Shown one piece after another: positions 62,027 to 64,000 of a stretch of DNA of 64,000 nt (within the stretch, counting starts at the first letter, position 1; the number at the start of each line of letters is the position of its first letter). The notes beneath the pieces are model-generated. The model ran no database searches and was not told where the DNA came from. It saw nothing but the letters and a program-made list of their open reading frames with translations. Origin of the DNA: Toensbergia leucococca (taxonomy: Eukaryota); NCBI GenBank assembly GCA_022813965.1, contig JALDZS010000024.1, forward strand, positions 62,001 through 126,000. Reading direction: 5' to 3'. Position numbers and translations under genes: made by a program.

Positions 62027-62526
62027 GAAGGGATGGGAGGAAGGTTGGTGATGGCTGGGCTGAGATGCGTGTGTTCTCTTGATGCTTGGCGGCTCGCCAT
62101 GTCACGAGGAGGACCCTCGGACGTGGCGAGCATTCGAAGGACGGTAGAATGACGGCGGCCTGATGTGAAAAGCTAACGGTGCTGTTTCAAGAACCCAGCA
62201 GAGGGACCAGAGATTCGATCCGAGTGCTCGAGAAAGCTGGGACAACGCTTGTCGAAATGTCAATAGACCAACCCAAGGCCGATGGTGGCCGGTGGGAAGG
62301 AGCTTTGCCACTAGTCGAGAAAGAATTGAAGCCATGGTCAACTCGGATAATGGAACTGGCTGATGTATCTACCAGTTGAGGGACTTGCTAAGCCTATCTG
62401 CACCATCGTCCATGACAGATACCTCGATACTCCGTAATATGGCGTCAATTTCCAAACTAAACCGAAGAATCATCAATCACCGCTTGAACCCAAACCCGCA
62501 TTTCCCTGATCCAAATAGCACTTTTC

Positions 62527-64000
62527 TCATGACTGGACGAGCTTTTCAGTAGCTTCAAGCAAGATATCGGCTATAATCAAAATTAGCATATTTTTTCTCA
62601 ATATGGCAACTTTCGAGAACACAATCAACACTTACCGTGATGTCTCTGGAAAATCAGCATTGGCCTCAATCTTACTGCCCTCTCCCCGCTCCCTCCAATA
62701 TTGATTCCCTCTCCCTTGGCACGCTTCACGAAATCATCCCTCCGAGGACTATCCCACGCAATAAATGTACCTTGTCCTTTACCCCTCAAGTTCTGGATCT
62801 CATTCGGATAATGCTGCGCCAATTTCTCAAGTCCAGCATACAAATAATCCCCCACCTGAGCGGTGTTCTCAACTAGGTTCAATCTTTCAATCTCATTGAT
62901 GATCGCTCGGAAAAGGATCGCACGTGCGGGATCTCCCATCCAAGTGTTGAATTGTCGGTATGGCTTGTTCGGCCGAAGATCAGGGTTGCCGAAGTAGTAG
63001 CCAGCGGTCTGGGCTTTCTTCGAGAACGTGACCATATCTGGAGGCTCGGCCATGTTCCAATGCTCATGGGCCCAGAATTTTCCAGTTGCGCCAACGCCGG
63101 TTTGAACTTCGTCAACAATGAAGAGAACGTTATGGCGTTTTGTAATTTCACGAAGACTGCGGAAGAAAGCTGGGGAGGCATGATTATCGCCACCCTCGGA
63201 TTGAACGGGCTCAACAACAACGGCTGCGACAGGTGAATGAAAGTTTTTGATGAGGTCTTCTGTCTCCGCTAGACAACGTGCTTCTTCTTCTGCGTTCTCC
63301 TTGACATGCTCGTTAAGAGGATATTTGAGATGAGGGAAAGAAGCCTGGGGCCAATCAAACGCCGGAATATCGAGTTTATGGATCGCTTTACTTCGCGTGG
63401 TAGAAAGACTGCCAAACAATCTGCCGTGGAAAGCAGATTTGAAAGAGAGGATTGAGAGGTCGGGGGAGCCTGGGGTATGGTTATTCATTGACGAAGATAT
63501 TTCGTCGGCGGTGAAGTCAACGTTGGGTCCTCCGCGTTCTTGAAGTCGGCGCCACATAAAAGCAGCTTTGTATGCTGTCTCGTTCGCGTCGGAACCGGCC
63601 ATAGCAGTGAAGACCTGGTTGAGGCCTTTTGGTGCCACTTTCAGTATACCAGTTTCGAGAATCTCAGCCCAGTCGTGTTGTGGGAAATTGCCGAGTGCCG
63701 GACGATTGATCATGGCGCTGGCCATGGCCGGTGTTGTTGCTGCTAGGAGCAATGAGGGATTGCTATAGCCAACAGGAATTGAGGCAATCTGAGCATACAC
63801 ATCGAGCAGAACATTACCGTCGAGATCTGCGATATAGTTGCCAAAACTGTTTTGATAATTTGCTAGCATATTCAAGCTCCTTGTGTCAAACACTCGATCC
63901 AAATCTTTGATTGCATTCTTACTCAGCGGTCCCGGTATTGTAGTCCTTATCTGTGGTCCGTATGGCTCGTCTGCAAAGAAAGGTTGCTCGGCGCTCGAAG
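62527..64000 (-). CDS. UGA1: 4-aminobutyrate aminotransferase (GABA transaminase); 5' end outside the window
   Basis: DVYAQIASIPVGY, FHGRLFGSLSTTRSK, EPVQSEGGD, DEVQTGVGATG and TFSKKAQ (PLP lysine). Last intron ~62572-62635, last exon DILLEATEKLVQS*. Confidence 0.97.

Overview
Gene-dense, intron-containing chromosomal segment of a filamentous ascomycete (Pezizomycotina). A lichen-forming Lecanoromycete is plausible but cannot be proven from this window. About 28 protein-coding genes were reconstructed by splicing GT-AG introns (one GC-AG) by eye. Most are housekeeping genes: an MDR-type ABC transporter, RPL39, SKP1, SMP3, RAD23, eIF6, BET5, a CaMKK, a SAT4/HAL4-type kinase, RVS161, BRE1, BDP1, SARAF, PBN1, SWI5/SAE3, YTP1, KIN17, derlin, CBF5, FYV10, BMT5, PTH1 and GABA transaminase. 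There are also a CBM18-chitin deacetylase, an orphan 7-TM GPCR-like protein, a secreted Cys-rich protein and two hypothetical proteins. No tRNA, rRNA or CRISPR array was recognised. The most notable non-gene features are: (1) a structured H/ACA-like RNA candidate in an oversized derlin intron just upstream of CBF5; (2) a 1,178-bp non-autonomous TIR element with an 8-bp target-site duplication inserted in the BMT5/PTH1 divergent promoter; (3) recurrent sharp C-rich to G-rich strand-skew switches that are independent of gene orientation; and (4) several degenerate intergenic tandem repeats. Coordinates and splice sites were read manually and may be off by a few bases.
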